A stretch of 64,000 nucleotides of DNA from Geosiphon pyriformis uo1. Its lineage: Eukaryota > Fungi > Glomeromycota. Shown in pieces: positions 51,513 to 64,000 of the stretch (positions are counted from its first letter, which is position 1; each line of letters opens with the position of its first letter). Under the pieces are notes generated by a model. It worked only from the letters and a program-made list of their open reading frames with translations, had not been told where the DNA came from and made no database searches. The translations under genes were made by a program, and so were the position numbers. The DNA lies in the NCBI GenBank assembly GCA_016748015.1, contig JAAOMT010000603.1, positions 91,008 to 155,007 on the forward strand, written 5' to 3'.

Positions 51513-51863
51513 ATGCTGATGCTACCACCACAACCTCTGCTACCAAGAAAACTTACCTCTACACCCAAAGCAAAAAGAGGATCGCTTAAGCGATAAAACA
51601 ACTTCTCCGATTCCCAATATATGAGCTCGTCAGCAATATCAGGTCTGTGTCAAATTCAAGCGCCAAGGGCTTAAAGACGAACAAGCCACGATGCTGTCTT
51701 CGACGATGCAAACTTTGACGAGCACAAACTCTTTTAGGATTTTCCTGCCGTCAACATAGTCTTCATCCGTCGCATACAGGGAAGGAAAGCTTCTTGCCAT
51801 GGACGAGAACGCAGGAACAAAAAAGTGCAAGAAAGACTCAAGGCATCCTTAAACGCATACTAG
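51513..51863 (+). pseudogene. IS607 TnpA (serine recombinase) remnant
   Basis: Frameshifted KKTYLY, KQKED, ELVSNIRS..FKRQGLK (cf. DIGSGINFKRKGL) and EHKLF*DFPAVNIVFIRRIQGRK (cf. ELxEDLLAIVxVFxxRxxGRR). HTH, RVSS and DRL segments are missing. Confidence 0.65.
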
Positions 51864-53150
51864 TCAAGATGTATCCCAACCACCCTCAGAACCAGCTATT
51901 AAAACGATGAATGGGTTTGGCGAGATTTGCCTTTAATACTGTGGTGGGATGGAGCAAAGGACGTCGCATGATTATGATACAAGATATATCATGGAAAGAG
52001 GATGTTTAAAACCTGTGACGTTTCAATGAAGACGTCTTCTTTTTGATGATGTTTCGGGTATCTGGTGAAAGAAAATTTCACAGAGCCACTATCCGTCTTA
52101 GCATGCTCTTAAGAGGTCGCTTAGGCTCAGATCACAGACAAAGCATTGATCACGCATTGGTTGCGCGAAAGGAAGTTATTAAATGGAATGCACAGTGGCA
52201 AAAATTTGGATCAACACATCATCTTTCTTTTAAATCTCGTAAGGCACTGTATCACACTATAACAATTAGTGGTCAGAATTTTGCCAAGTTACCTTGGAAT
52301 CTTACCTTCACACTCCACCAATATATGCATATGCACATCAGCACAAGGTAAAGATAATAGATTTTTACGTGTTTGTTTTTTTTAAAAAATTGGTTATATC
52401 ATTATTCATGTCGTTTTTATGCCATTTTTTATTCTTTATTTTTAAAGATAAACATGTATTATGGCCTCTCAGCTTCGAAAAAAAGCGTAGAAATAACAAG
52501 TGGCCCAATCCACACAAAATCACATGTGATGGCAAGCTCACTTACTATCGTAAAACTAAGGAGTGGAAGTTTGCCTGGGTATACTAGACGCAAGAAAAGC
52601 TCCGCGAAACCCAAGCGGATGGCTCTGTTCATGCAGTCTCCACAGATCCGGGCATTCGCATCATTTACATGATATTACAAAAAAGGCGTAGACAAAATAG
52701 ACTTTTGTAGCATCAGTCGTATTGTTCGCCTCTGGAAGTTAAATATCTCTTCAAAATGTAAGAAAGCTAAAACCAAAAGATTAGAAAAGGCGACTGAGTG
52801 CATACGTCTAAAGATCTTACACGTGTGGATAGAAAGACTGTCGCATTTTCGGCCCGGATTTCGAGGTATCGGACATGGTGAATCGAAAAATGAAAAAAAT
52901 CAGACAAGAAACATTTAAAAAGATACTATGCTGGGGGCACTATCGATTTTGTCAACTTTCTGATCGCCAAGGAAGAAGAATTGGGAGTCCGAGTTATCAT
53001 CCAAAATCTTATACCTCTAAAACTTGTAGCTGGTGTGCAAATATCCAAAGAATCGGAGAATCTGAGGGGTACATCTGCCTGAATTGTTGGCTTTTTATCG
53101 ATAGAGATAATAATGGCGCTCAGGAATCTTCCTCCGGGTATTGCTTGGTC
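51842..53150 (+). pseudogene. TnpB/Fanzor2 RNA-guided endonuclease pseudogene
   Basis: RILVKMYPNHPQNQLLKR*MGLARFAFN (OrfB HTH); RuvC-I DPGIR (52645-52659); FEVSDMV...WGHYRF; YTSKTCSWC...CLNC zinc finger; RuvC-III DRDNNGA (53100). Confidence 0.88.
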
Positions 53151-54374
53151 CATGCAGGAAATAACAGGCACTACATGGGAATGCTTAGTATTGCCTATTA
53201 TTGATGTTTCATAATCCATCCGATCCTGCAATTTTACAAATAAAAAAGTACTCCACTTGAATTTAAGTGGTAACTCTAATCTAAAGAATTCTTTCTTGAA
53301 CGAGAATCATACAATTTAATTGTCCGTTGATCACCAATCAAAAGAAGCAGGGCGGGGTCTCCATCAGGAAAAGCAATGTCATCATAAACAAAACTGTGTT
53401 TTGCGGTACTGAGCTTTATTAACCCATGAATCCCTTGGCTAAGTCTCACGAAGTGGACGCTTTGGATGAGTTTGCACTTTAATCGACTCTTGTTACTGAG
53501 CTACCATTACAAACTACGGAAGATAAGCTGTGGTTGGCCTCTATGAACTTCGGATACGTGTTGTTGTATGGGGCTCATATCAATAGAATGTTGGCCTTAC
53601 TATTAGGAGACATCTTTGTGATGTTTCTTTGATGATGCTTTGTCATCGTTGTTGCCTGCTTTGCTGTATTTGTACGGTTTATTGTTTTGAATGTGAAATA
53701 CAATTGAAAAAAGCAAAACTCAGAAGATTACTAAAGTGTTTAAATATTTATATTTAAAAAAATCAAATATATTATATTTCTATTAAATGAAATTAAATTG
53801 ATATTTACAATTGGCCATAATCTATTGGTAAATTATATACTTTATGTTAAATTTAATAAATCAAAGAAATATTAGTGTTTTTTTTATTTTTTAATCTATA
53901 AAAAAATAATAATATTTTAATTTGATTTAAAAATGGTCTAATTAAAAATATTATATTAAGTCATTAGTTAGACATATATTTTAAAATGTTACCATTGCTT
54001 TTTAATAAAAATTAACAGTGAATTACAAAATATGTTAAAAATACTGCTTATAAATAACCAAGGATTAAAAATAACTATTTTAAACGTTCATTCTTGTTTC
54101 ACCCTTTCAACGTTCACGACGAGAGATTACCTATTGCTGTTAAACTGCATTAAGTGCAGTAAATCATATTTGTGTGTTTCAGATGGTAACAATTCAATTG
54201 GACTTGCCGTCATTATTATCAATTGATTTGAATAGTTCACCTTTCCTTATGCGGCATTTATTTGTACGACTCAAACTAGCTCGTCTCTTCAACTTATTAT
54301 ATTTTTCGACTCTTTCCAGACCATCAAAAAACATTTTCTAACATTAAATATTTTGGTCAGAAAATTCGAAATTA

Positions 54375-56806
54375 ATGCAGAAGCAATATCAACCTCAGCA
54401 TGATTTTAGAGGAATAACCCGGTCCCCACACCGTGAAAATTCAGGAATTTTGCACAGGCAAAATACTTATTCACCGCAACCAGAGCATAGTCAAATACCC
54501 CCTGCTGGACATCAAATGGATCCGCCTATTTATGGTAGTCTACGCAGACAAGAGACATATGCTTCGAGAAACCAAGGTCGGCATGGACCACTACCAACAC
54601 CACCAGGACAGGATCAACAAGATCCCCACGGACAAAATACTTATATGGGAATGTCTGGGCCACCACAAATTCAAACACAATTGCCGGACCAAAAAAATGG
54701 ACACTCAAGACCAAGTGTAAATTATTCTCCTCACCCTGAGGTTTTACAAAGTCGACCACCACCTGGACATCAACTAGAGGCTCGAGATTTACAACGACAA
54801 AACAGTGTCTCTCCTCATTCTTACACTCGACAAACACCACCGCTAAGATCTCAACGAGAACCTCGTGAGTTGGAAAGATCTAACACTGTTTCATCCCATC
54901 CTGATAGGGGGTCGCCGCAAGATGCTTATCATCGAAGGGAAAATAATACATCGCAGTATCCAACGGATCCAAGAAACGGCCTTGATCCTTCTCGACAAAA
55001 TAGCATGGATTCATCTCCGTATCCCCAACCACCTCATAATCGAGAAGGGGAAATGTTATATTATGATGAACATTATGATCCTCGTGGGCATAACTCAAAT
55101 CAGCCCAATCAAACTGGATATCCTGAAGGTAATTATGAGTATCCTCTACATCCCCCCGCATATTATCATTCTCAAGGGCAATATTCCGCACAAATTGAAT
55201 ACGTGCCTCAGCATGAATATCCTCCATCACAGGAGGGTTATATTTCCCAAAATGGTTATCAACCACACCAACAACGTGGAGGCTATGGGTATGATGGGTA
55301 TGAACAAAATTATCCGTCAGAAGATCCTTATTATGGTTATCCACGATACGATGATTATCCACATGACCCTCCATACTATAACGAGCAAGGATATACACAA
55401 GAAGGATATCCTTCACAAGATTACCATATAGACCCATCACAGGAAAGGTCATCACCTGGATATCAATACCCAATAGACTCCTCATTACCAAAACGACAAT
55501 ATTCTAAAGCTGATAATTCAAGTACTGCGAAAAATGGTGTTGAGAAACCCTTGTACACGATGGAAGCTATGGAAGAGCATCGCACCAAGGCGAAAAATAA
55601 TGGAGATCCATTGTCGTTGTTTAATTTTGCAAAGTATTTGATTGAAGCTGCGGCAGAAGCTGGAGAAGATGATCCGAATTCCAAGAATTCAAAAAAAATA
55701 AAAGACAATTTACTTCAAGAGGCTATTAAAATACTCAAACGTTTAGCCACACAAGGAATGGGGTTTGGCAAGCCAGCCTACCCTGAAGCCCAATTTTATC
55801 TAGCAAACGTGTATGGAAATGGTGCATTAGGCCTGCAGATTGATCTTGAAAAAGCTTTTAACTTGTACATGCAAGCATCTAAACAAAACCATTCTTCTGC
55901 GACATATCGTACCGCTGTGTGTTATGATCTGGGCGCGGGAACAAAACGAGACCCTCATCGTGCTACTCAATTTTATCGAAAGGCTGCGGCTTTAGGAGAT
56001 ACTGCTGCAATGTTCAAACTTGGGATGATCCTTTTAGACGGATTATTGTCACAAAACAAAAATCCGCGAGAAGCTTTCACTTGGCTTAAGCGTGCGGCTC
56101 AAAATGCCGATTCTGCTAATGCTCATGCACTTCATCAACTCGGATTATTACACGAGAAAAAAGATATTCAGAAGGAAATCCCCTCAATAATACATGATGA
56201 ACATTTTGCTTTGGAACAATTTCATAAGGCCGCAGATTATGGTTATCCACTCTCATGTCTTCGATTGGGTTGTGTTTATGAATACGGTCAGCTTGGGGCT
56301 CAAGTTAACCCACAAAAGTCGATTTACTATTATTCTAAAGCAGCGGAAAAAGGTGAACCAGAGGCAGAGATAGCTCTATCAGGCTGGTATTTAACCGGTA
56401 GTGAGCCAGTGTTAAAGCAATCAGATACAGAAGCTTATCTATGGGCACGTAAAGCTGCTGATAAGGGCTTAGCTAAAGCAGAATATGCAATAGGATATTA
56501 CTCTGAGGTGGGAATTGGGGTTTCTCAAGATGCCGAAGAGGCAAGGCGTTGGTATCTTCGTGCTGCAGGTAATATAGACCATGAGAATCTTATTCAAATT
56601 CTTAATTCGATTACAATGAATGTGCTATGTATCGTCGACCTAAATATACTCAATTTAACCCTTTAAATACCCGAAATTCAGCACAAGGTAACAAAAGAGC
56701 ACAGCATCGCCTCACTGAATTAAAGAAGTTGGGCAATATGAAGCGTGTTAAGCCAGAAAGGCATACCCGGGCTCAAACTAAAAAAGAAGACTGCGTAATC
56801 TCCTGA
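54375..56806 (+). CDS. Sel1-like repeat chitin synthase activator (Chs4/Skt5 family) with long P/Q/Y-rich N-terminus and C-terminal CaaX
   Basis: Exons 54375-56568 and 56682-56806. SLRs (YPEAQFYLA, YRTAVCY..G.GT, ALSGWYLTGSE.VL.QSDTEAYLWARKAA). Spliced end reads ...KKEDCVIS*. Confidence 0.92.
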
Positions 56807-57845
56807 AATTTTATTTATTTATTTATTTATCATAGGTAAATTTTATTTTTTTCCTTAAGGTGATTTTTTTGATTATTACCTCATTCATTCTTTATATCTC
56901 CCTTTTTACAGATTATTCATCCGATAGAGAATTGTATTATAGTTTTTAAAGCCAAGTGCATGGAAATATGATATCACTTTTTCAAATTCATCTGGGGGAA
57001 ATGCATTGACAAATTTGGACTTTATGAACCAATTTATAATTTATTTGAAATATTTAATCTTCCATTCATTTACCGCTTCCGAACAACATAAAAAGCCACT
57101 CACTAGATGCATATATGAAACAAGAGTTGCTAAATAAACTTTTCTAATATAGAGAATACCAGTTGCTCAAGATAATAACCAAACTCATTCCAAGGTGCAC
57201 CTTCCCTTGATACAAGGAACTTATTAATGGCTCATGAAACATTTTTTTTTCTGTGTTGCAACCTTCAAAAGTAAACATACGGGCTACTTTTTCTCAAATG
57301 GCTCAAACTTTAGTTTAATAATTTAAATTAAAAATTTCTTTGCTGAAGTGGATAATGATTTTTCTAGCCTTAATAGTTATGTTACCCTTCAACATCTCCC
57401 AAAGACACAAACATTTTATATCTGATATTCAGGAACAAAAAATATTGCAACCATTTCTGTACCTTTTCCAAAAAGAAGTTTAATCCGATCCTTTGAATTG
57501 AAGAATACGATGCATGGGCATTTAGGCTATAAATTTTATTTGAGCTCTTTTGCATTTAGAAGAGCTCTATATTTAACATTGTGGTCCAACAATAAGGATT
57601 GAATCTGACATCTAAGCTCAATATGTTAAATCCCATCAATATTTTTTTTATTTTTTTGGAAGGAATTCTATACAATTGGATCATCTTAATAATATATAAA
57701 TAATTATCTTTTCACGTATTTGGGAATCAAATATCGTATGGTCTTAGTCTTATGATTCTTTTTAAGAATATAGAATAATAAAAATAAAAACATTCCAAAT
57801 AACAAAAAGAAAAGTAATTTCCAATTAAGATGAATGTTTACACCC

Positions 57846-57990
57846 ACTAAGGATCCGATGAACCGAACCGAACCAAATTTTCAAAGTAGGTTTGGTTCGA
57901 ATTCGAAGTTGAATCTTTTTGACAAGTCTGAATTCAGTTCAGGTGTGGTTCAAAGATTACAAACTTGTTCAAATTTGATGAAATTAAAAA
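57846..57990. mobile_element. Possible DNA-transposon (hAT-like) terminus remnant
   Basis: TAAGGAT start followed by GAACC/GGTTCG subterminal repeats in both orientations. No partner end found. Confidence 0.3.
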
Positions 57991-58699
57991 AAAATTTTGT
58001 ATTATTTGTTCATTAATCATTACTTTGTTTAATTACTATGATCAGTTAAAAAGATATATAAAACTATACATATATGACAACTTTACTCTTCAACTTACCA
58101 AAATGAATTCATTGTTTGTTATTAAAGATTTAAAATTCAAAATAATAGAATTTGATAATTTAAATAGTCCAAATATTAATATCTTTAATAAATGTAATTT
58201 TCAAAGTAAGATATAGAACTATTTTGATAAGTTTAAGTAGACAAAAAAAAACAGTTAAATGTACAGTCTTAAAATACGTACATAAAACCATTTTTTTGTG
58301 GAATTATAAACACTAACAAATTTTTATAGTGCTATTTAAAAACTTTTCACTAAACAGTATATGTTATAACAGAAAAATATTATAAAAAAGTTAAAATATT
58401 CAAAAATATTACAGTTTAATTTTAATAGATGAAATTGCTATTTTTTTTGTGATTTTTTGGCCAATCTAATTAGAAAACTGCTTTAATCTTTTGTAATAAC
58501 TGTTATTAATATTAATAATAAAAAACTTTGTAATATAATTATTATCTGGTTTATTAACTATTAGTAATTATTTGTTGTAATAAAAAATTCTAAATTAATT
58601 AAAATATTTTAATATTTAAATCTTTTGTTTGGAATATATTGATATTTAAAACCAAATTACAACACAAAAAACTTCTTTTTTTTTTATGTCCCAAATTCA

Positions 58700-61600
58700 C
58701 CAAAGAGCATATTTTTAAAAAAAAGTTTTTATTTTTTCTTGTTATTTTTTTGCAAATATTTCTTAAGCAAATAATTTTTTTGTAGTAAACCTGATAACTG
58801 TTTCAGATAGCAATATATCTAAAAAAAAGTGCCCAAAAAAGCTTTTTATAGTTCTGTTAAAGGTTTTTTTTCCCAAAAAAAAAAGATTTTTATTGATAAT
58901 ATTAAGTATTCTGGTAATAAAAAAGATATTTCCTTGGTTAAACTTAATACTAATAATAATATATTTAGATATAAACAGCAAGTTTGGTAATAATAAAAAT
59001 AATAGTGTTTTATTAAGTATTAGTAATAACTTTTTTTTTGGCTTGGCAACAAATACCCTTAAAACCAAGAAAATAAATACTGGTCTAATATATGGTTCTC
59101 TTTTTAGTTCAATTAATTATGATATAAATAAAGATAAAAAACTTCTCTTTTTTCTTCTTAATATTTTTTTAAATAAAAAATAGATTGATTCAAAGATTGT
59201 CAAAACTCAAATTAAGATACCTATTAGAAAATCTTTTGCTCTGAACATTAATTTTTTAGTAATAAAAGACAAATTAGCTATGGCAAAAACTTAGGCAATT
59301 AGAAAATTTTTTTCAATAATTGATGATTTTAAAAGAGTTATTACTTTTTTAAAATTTAAAGAGATTATTAAATCAATATTTATATTAATTAAGTTGTAAC
59401 AAAAACTGTAATAAAATTTGCCAAATTAGTTCAAGCAAATTAGTTGATAGCAAAGTAGTTATTTTTATCAGAAAAAATTCAATATATATAGTAAAAGCTG
59501 TAAGAGATTAAAATATTTGAATGTCCAAAGATTAATTTAAAACACTTCTGTTTATTTTATTTATAGAAATAACTACTTATAATTTTGGTGTTCTATTAAA
59601 AAGAGCTGGTGGAAAAACTTGCATTATAAATTAATTATTTAAAACTGGAAATAAGATTTGCTGTGCCATAATTGGCTTTAAATCAAAAAAAAACTTGAAT
59701 TTATCTTTCATAAAAAGCCAATTTTTGGTAGTATAAGACTTTTTTGAACTAAGATAGATTTGATTCAATATAAAAAATGTGGATGTTTTAAACATTCTGC
59801 TTTAGAATGTAATATATTTGGTGTCTTTGTCTTTCTGTTTCCCAAGATATTTAAATAGTTTATTTTAAGTAAAAATTGTTTTTAACTTTCTAAGTTATAT
59901 GTTAAGAAATATATTCTTATCTCTTATCTTATTAGTTTTAGTGGCAAATTATGGGCTCAGATAGTTTTACTGGTTTTTACTTTCAATAATGCTTTCTTAA
60001 GTTCTGATTTGAAGTTTTTTCTTTTGGGTATTTTATTTTTAGATAAGATATTCTTTGTGTTATAAATTAATTTTTCTATTGGTAATTAGTTGGTTTTTTT
60101 GAAACATTCTTTGAAGCTTTTAGTTAACCAGATGTTTGATATTGTATAAAGACTAAGCAATATTAATCTGGTACTTTTGGCACTTATTTATTAACTCTTA
60201 TTACCAGCTGTTTTTATGTCAGTATTTTTAAAAGTGAATTTAAATATGGTTTTAAACAACTTTTTACTGTTATTTTCTTCTTTTTCTTTAGCAGTAATAA
60301 ATAAGAATTTGGTTTTTGGTTTAAGTAGCTCAACGATTTTGACCACTAAGATGAATGGCTTGAAATCGAAAATAGTGATTTTTAAAGCTTCAGTTAGTTT
60401 AATTTTAGCAAAATTGGATTAATTATGTACTGACTTGGTTTTTTTTATGAATCTTTTATTTTAATAAATGATTTTGTTTAAAAAATAGCTATATATAATA
60501 TTAAAAGCATAAACAATATGGCTAAACAAAAAAATATAATCAGATAGCACAATAAGTCTGGCAATTAGATTTCTATTATTACTAAAACTAAGCTAAAAAA
60601 ACAGACTAGATCTTAAATAAAAGATAGATTTCAGAGTGTAAAAGTTTTAATTTCTGGTTTAAACACTGGTTATGTGGGTGTTAAAATGACAATAATAATA
60701 AACAATACTCTAATTCATTATGTATACAAAATTCTTGGTCATTTTATTTCAAATTGTTTATTGTTTAATAACAAAATTTCAATAACAATTTTGGATTTGT
60801 ATACTGGTGCTTTAACTAATATATGATTTAATTAGGTTTGCAAGATGAATTTATTTATTGTCAAAACAATTAATTTAAGCTTTTATGATGTATTGGATAG
60901 TAATTTCAATGAAAATAGAAGGAAGTAGAATACAAGTTTTAAGAAATGTTTTAATCTAAGTTTATATAACTTTCTTTTTAATAAACTGGTTGCTAAAGCT
61001 TCTGACGTAAAGCAATTTAAGAAGTGTAAAAAAAATTATTGATTATATTTTTGTTAATAAACATCTCTTATTATCTGTAATAAGTCAAAGTATTAATAAT
61101 GTATCTGAATTTTTTAATATTGACTATATAGCTGTTATAATTTCTCTTAATTTGAGTGGTTTTGTTAATAAGTATCTAAATATTATTCGAAAACATGCTA
61201 ATAAAAATTAATGAAAATTTGAGATCAAAAATGCTAATAATGCTAAATAAATCTGTTTCAAAAAATGTGTTTTTAATAGGTTTTCTAGAATAATAAATAG
61301 GTTTATGAACACTAAAGTTCTTAGTAATTTAAATACTATATAAGGAAAATTAAAAAAAGTAATAGTGAATTCAACAAATACAGTTTTTTTTAAACATTAA
61401 TTCAATAAATTTGATTAATTATGAAATAAACAATCTTCAAAATTTTTTGGGCTAGAATTGCTAATTGCTAAGATTACTAAGAAACTGGGTTTGGATAATA
61501 AGTTTAAGTATAATTGTTTTTTTAAGAAGTGGTTAATAATAGATAGTAAAAAGACTTTTAAATTTGAAGTATTGATTTAGAATGGCATAAATTTAAAGAA

Positions 61601-64000
61601 TATTGCTAAACAATTGTCAAAAATTAAGAAAAAGTATAAAAAGTCCAAATATTATAAGTTAAAAATAGTTGAAAATACAGTTATTAAAAAACAATTAAAA
61701 AGTAAATAAAAAATTTCAGTTTTGACAATAAAAACATAATAAAAAATGTTTTGAAATAGTTTTTTTACAAAGTAATTTTGAATTATTTGATAATTAAAAA
61801 GAAGTTGGTTTTGGAATTAAATAAAATAAAACTTAAAATTAATAAAATTATGGTAGATTAAACAAGAAAACAAAAGATGTTTTCAATGCTAAATACTATA
61901 TAGTTTTGTTAATATATATTATTGAGCTATATAAAAAATAATGTTTTTATTAATGTAATAAATAATATCAATATGCATAAGTTAATTCTAGTAGTTGATA
62001 ACTTACCAAATGGCAAAACTGCTAGTTTATTTAACATATTAAATGAACTTTAAAAGCATTGTGACAATAATATAATATAATGCTTTTTAAGTTTATTAAA
62101 CTTTTATTTAACTCTTAGTAAAGTTCTAGTTTTTTGGAAGAGAACATAAATCTCAATAATTTTCAAATCTTACAATTAGAATAATATCTTAATAAATATA
62201 TAATCTATTGTATTAATTAAAACAGCCAAAAAAATCCTGTCAAAGATTTTGTTAGACTGAATTTTGTTAGCTTGTACCAAGTGTAATGTTTTTTAAAATA
62301 ACAATTTTTTAGTTTTAAAGAGTACTTCAACTTAATCTCCTGTGTTTACTGTTGGTTTAATTGTGAAAAATGCTTTGAAAAAAAATTATGAGGTTTGGTT
62401 GGTTCTATAAAACATATGCAAAACTTATAATTCAGTTAAATAACATCATTTAGAAACTAGTTTAAGATATATTAAGATATGTGGCAGGTTTATTAAGTTC
62501 TTTAATAACATATACAAAAACAGAATTAACAAAATAATAAAAATTTTGGTCTTTTAGATGATTACAAAGTGCAAAATAGGCTGGATTAAGATGAAGTGTT
62601 TTCACCACTTTTGTAAAGAATTTTTTATAATTTTTTGCTATATAAAGTTAAAAAACAAAACTATTTGTGTAAATACAGAATTAATATAAACTTTGTAATA
62701 AAGATAAGCAGAGTAGAAATGGGTAAAGATAAATTTTCTTTTTTTGCAACAGGTGCATTTGTCAATAATACAATTTGAGTGAAAAATAGTTAAATTTTAA
62801 TGCAGTATATTTTAAATGTAATTAGTAAATTTTTTAAAATTAATAACATTTTTATTAATAATAATAAAACTGTGACAATTCTTATTAATTAAATGGTTAA
62901 AAATACTTCTTTAAACATTAATAATTAGCCAATATTTATAGTAAAACATGGTAAATTTTATAGATACTTGGAGATATTTTTGTTAACAGAAGATATTTTT
63001 AAGTTCAATCTTGTTAAAGTATATTCAAATGTTAAGTTCTTTTCTAATTTGGTTCTCAGAAAGACATTGTTAAATAAACAATTTTTTTATTTGGTTTTAA
63101 TAATTTTACAGTCTATTATTAATTACTAAACATAGTTTAGTTTTATATTTAAAAATATATGCCAGAAATAAGACATTATATTAAGAAAAAAATTTAAGTT
63201 TAAGACTAATTTGCCAAAAATTTTTCTAACAAAACTTTGTACCACCTATTTTTTATGAATTAAAAATCTTTGAACAGATTTAAACAGAAAACAAGATTGC
63301 TTTATTGATTATGTTTTCTAATATATCTGGAATTAGAATGGACTTCAATAAATTTTTTACAATATTTTGTCAAATTAAAAGTCAGTTCTGTAAATAACTT
63401 TTTGGTAGATGTTATGAAAATTTTTTGAATAATAAAATCTCTATGACTAATAATTTGTTTAATGTTTTTTGTGGTTTAAAATACTTTCTAATATTAAAAA
63501 TTTTGGGAAAGTTTTTTTATTTTAATGTGGTTTACTTTTTGAAGTGTTTTGGTATTGTCTTTGATAACAGATTATTAAATAAACAAAAATTGATTATAAG
63601 TTAAAAAATTTTTTGTTAATAAAAGAGACTAAGTCCTAGAGGTTTGGTGTTATTGTAATTTAAAAAAGCTTCAGCTTATATAAGTGATTATTATATAAGA
63701 TCTGATAAGACTATTTGTTTCTGGTTGCTCAGATTTCTCTTACTTATCTGTTTTTTTGAACATTTATAACTATTTGCACAGATTGTGGACTGACATATTT
63801 AATGTTTATACAGATAAATTATTGAAGCAATTAGATATTGCAGAAGTAGCTAATAGAACAGCAGTTTATTTTTCTAATATTGAAATTAATATGAACATAA
63901 AAATACATAAGATACTGTCTTTTACAATATTAAAGCTTTAGACAATTTTTTTAGTATTAGAATGCATTTTTTTATTATGCTTAATAATAGTATATATAAA
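58700..64000 (+). mobile_element. Second, heavily eroded LINE of the same family (ORF1, APE, RT, RNase H; runs off the window end)
   Basis: Colinear with 15460-41145: IRKSFALNI, GGKTC, IDYIFV, KSTST*SPVF, GAFVNNTI (about 62750), RNase H VYTD..LK...AVYF (about 63800). Confidence 0.85.

Larger units (their letters stand above)
51425..53222 (+). mobile_element. Decayed IS607-family element (TnpA serine recombinase remnant + TnpB/Fanzor2)
   Basis: TnpA and TnpB motifs in tandem. T(G/A)CTTAGT-like short direct repeats near both ends (51429-51466; 53181-53199). Ends approximate. Confidence 0.8.

Noticed and set aside
51425-53222. Bacterial contamination as the source of the IS607 sequence
   Set aside because: It is flanked by intron-containing fungal genes and is pseudogenised in place. 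Read-level confirmation is still advisable.
53240-53700. CpG-retaining segment downstream of the IS607 element, possibly an exon or ncRNA
   Set aside because: No convincing ORF, splice pattern or RNA family motif could be recognised by eye.
54433-55708. Overlapping alternative-frame and antisense ORFs in the Sel1 gene
   Set aside because: These are shadow ORFs of a low-complexity coding region with no recognisable motifs.

Overview
This is eukaryotic fungal DNA (spliceosomal introns, a Chs4/Skt5-type gene). Its composition and TE families suggest Mucoromycota/Glomeromycotina, and the TE proteins resemble Geosiphon-like ones from memory only; that assignment is unverified. About 80% of the window is nested, hypermutated transposons. 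Four Ty3/Gypsy copies are present (A 1-7111 minus; B 7112-10583 plus; C 19235-39405 minus; D 26732-36858 minus, inside C). In A, C and D the polyprotein reads gag-PR-Cys-rich-dUTPase-RT-RH(-IN), and B, C and D carry an extra downstream ORF. Also present are an APE/RT LINE split by element C, an ORF1-only LINE derivative sharing the LINE 3' tail, a pogo transposon with cargo, and heavily eroded LINEs. A CpG-retaining gene island (about 46.7-57.9 kb) holds a Ctk2-like cyclin, TRAPPC2L (missed by the ORF track), an ORT1-like mitochondrial carrier and a Chs4/Skt5 Sel1 protein. The island also contains a decayed IS607-type element (serine-recombinase TnpA remnant plus TnpB/Fanzor2 RNA-guided nuclease pseudogene). 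The most notable items are the IS607/Fanzor2 locus, the dUTPase and Cys-rich Gypsy architecture with ORF3, the ORF1-only LINE, the transition-only hypermutation of repeats, and a conserved U5-PBS hairpin. All coordinates were read by hand and edges of decayed elements are approximate.
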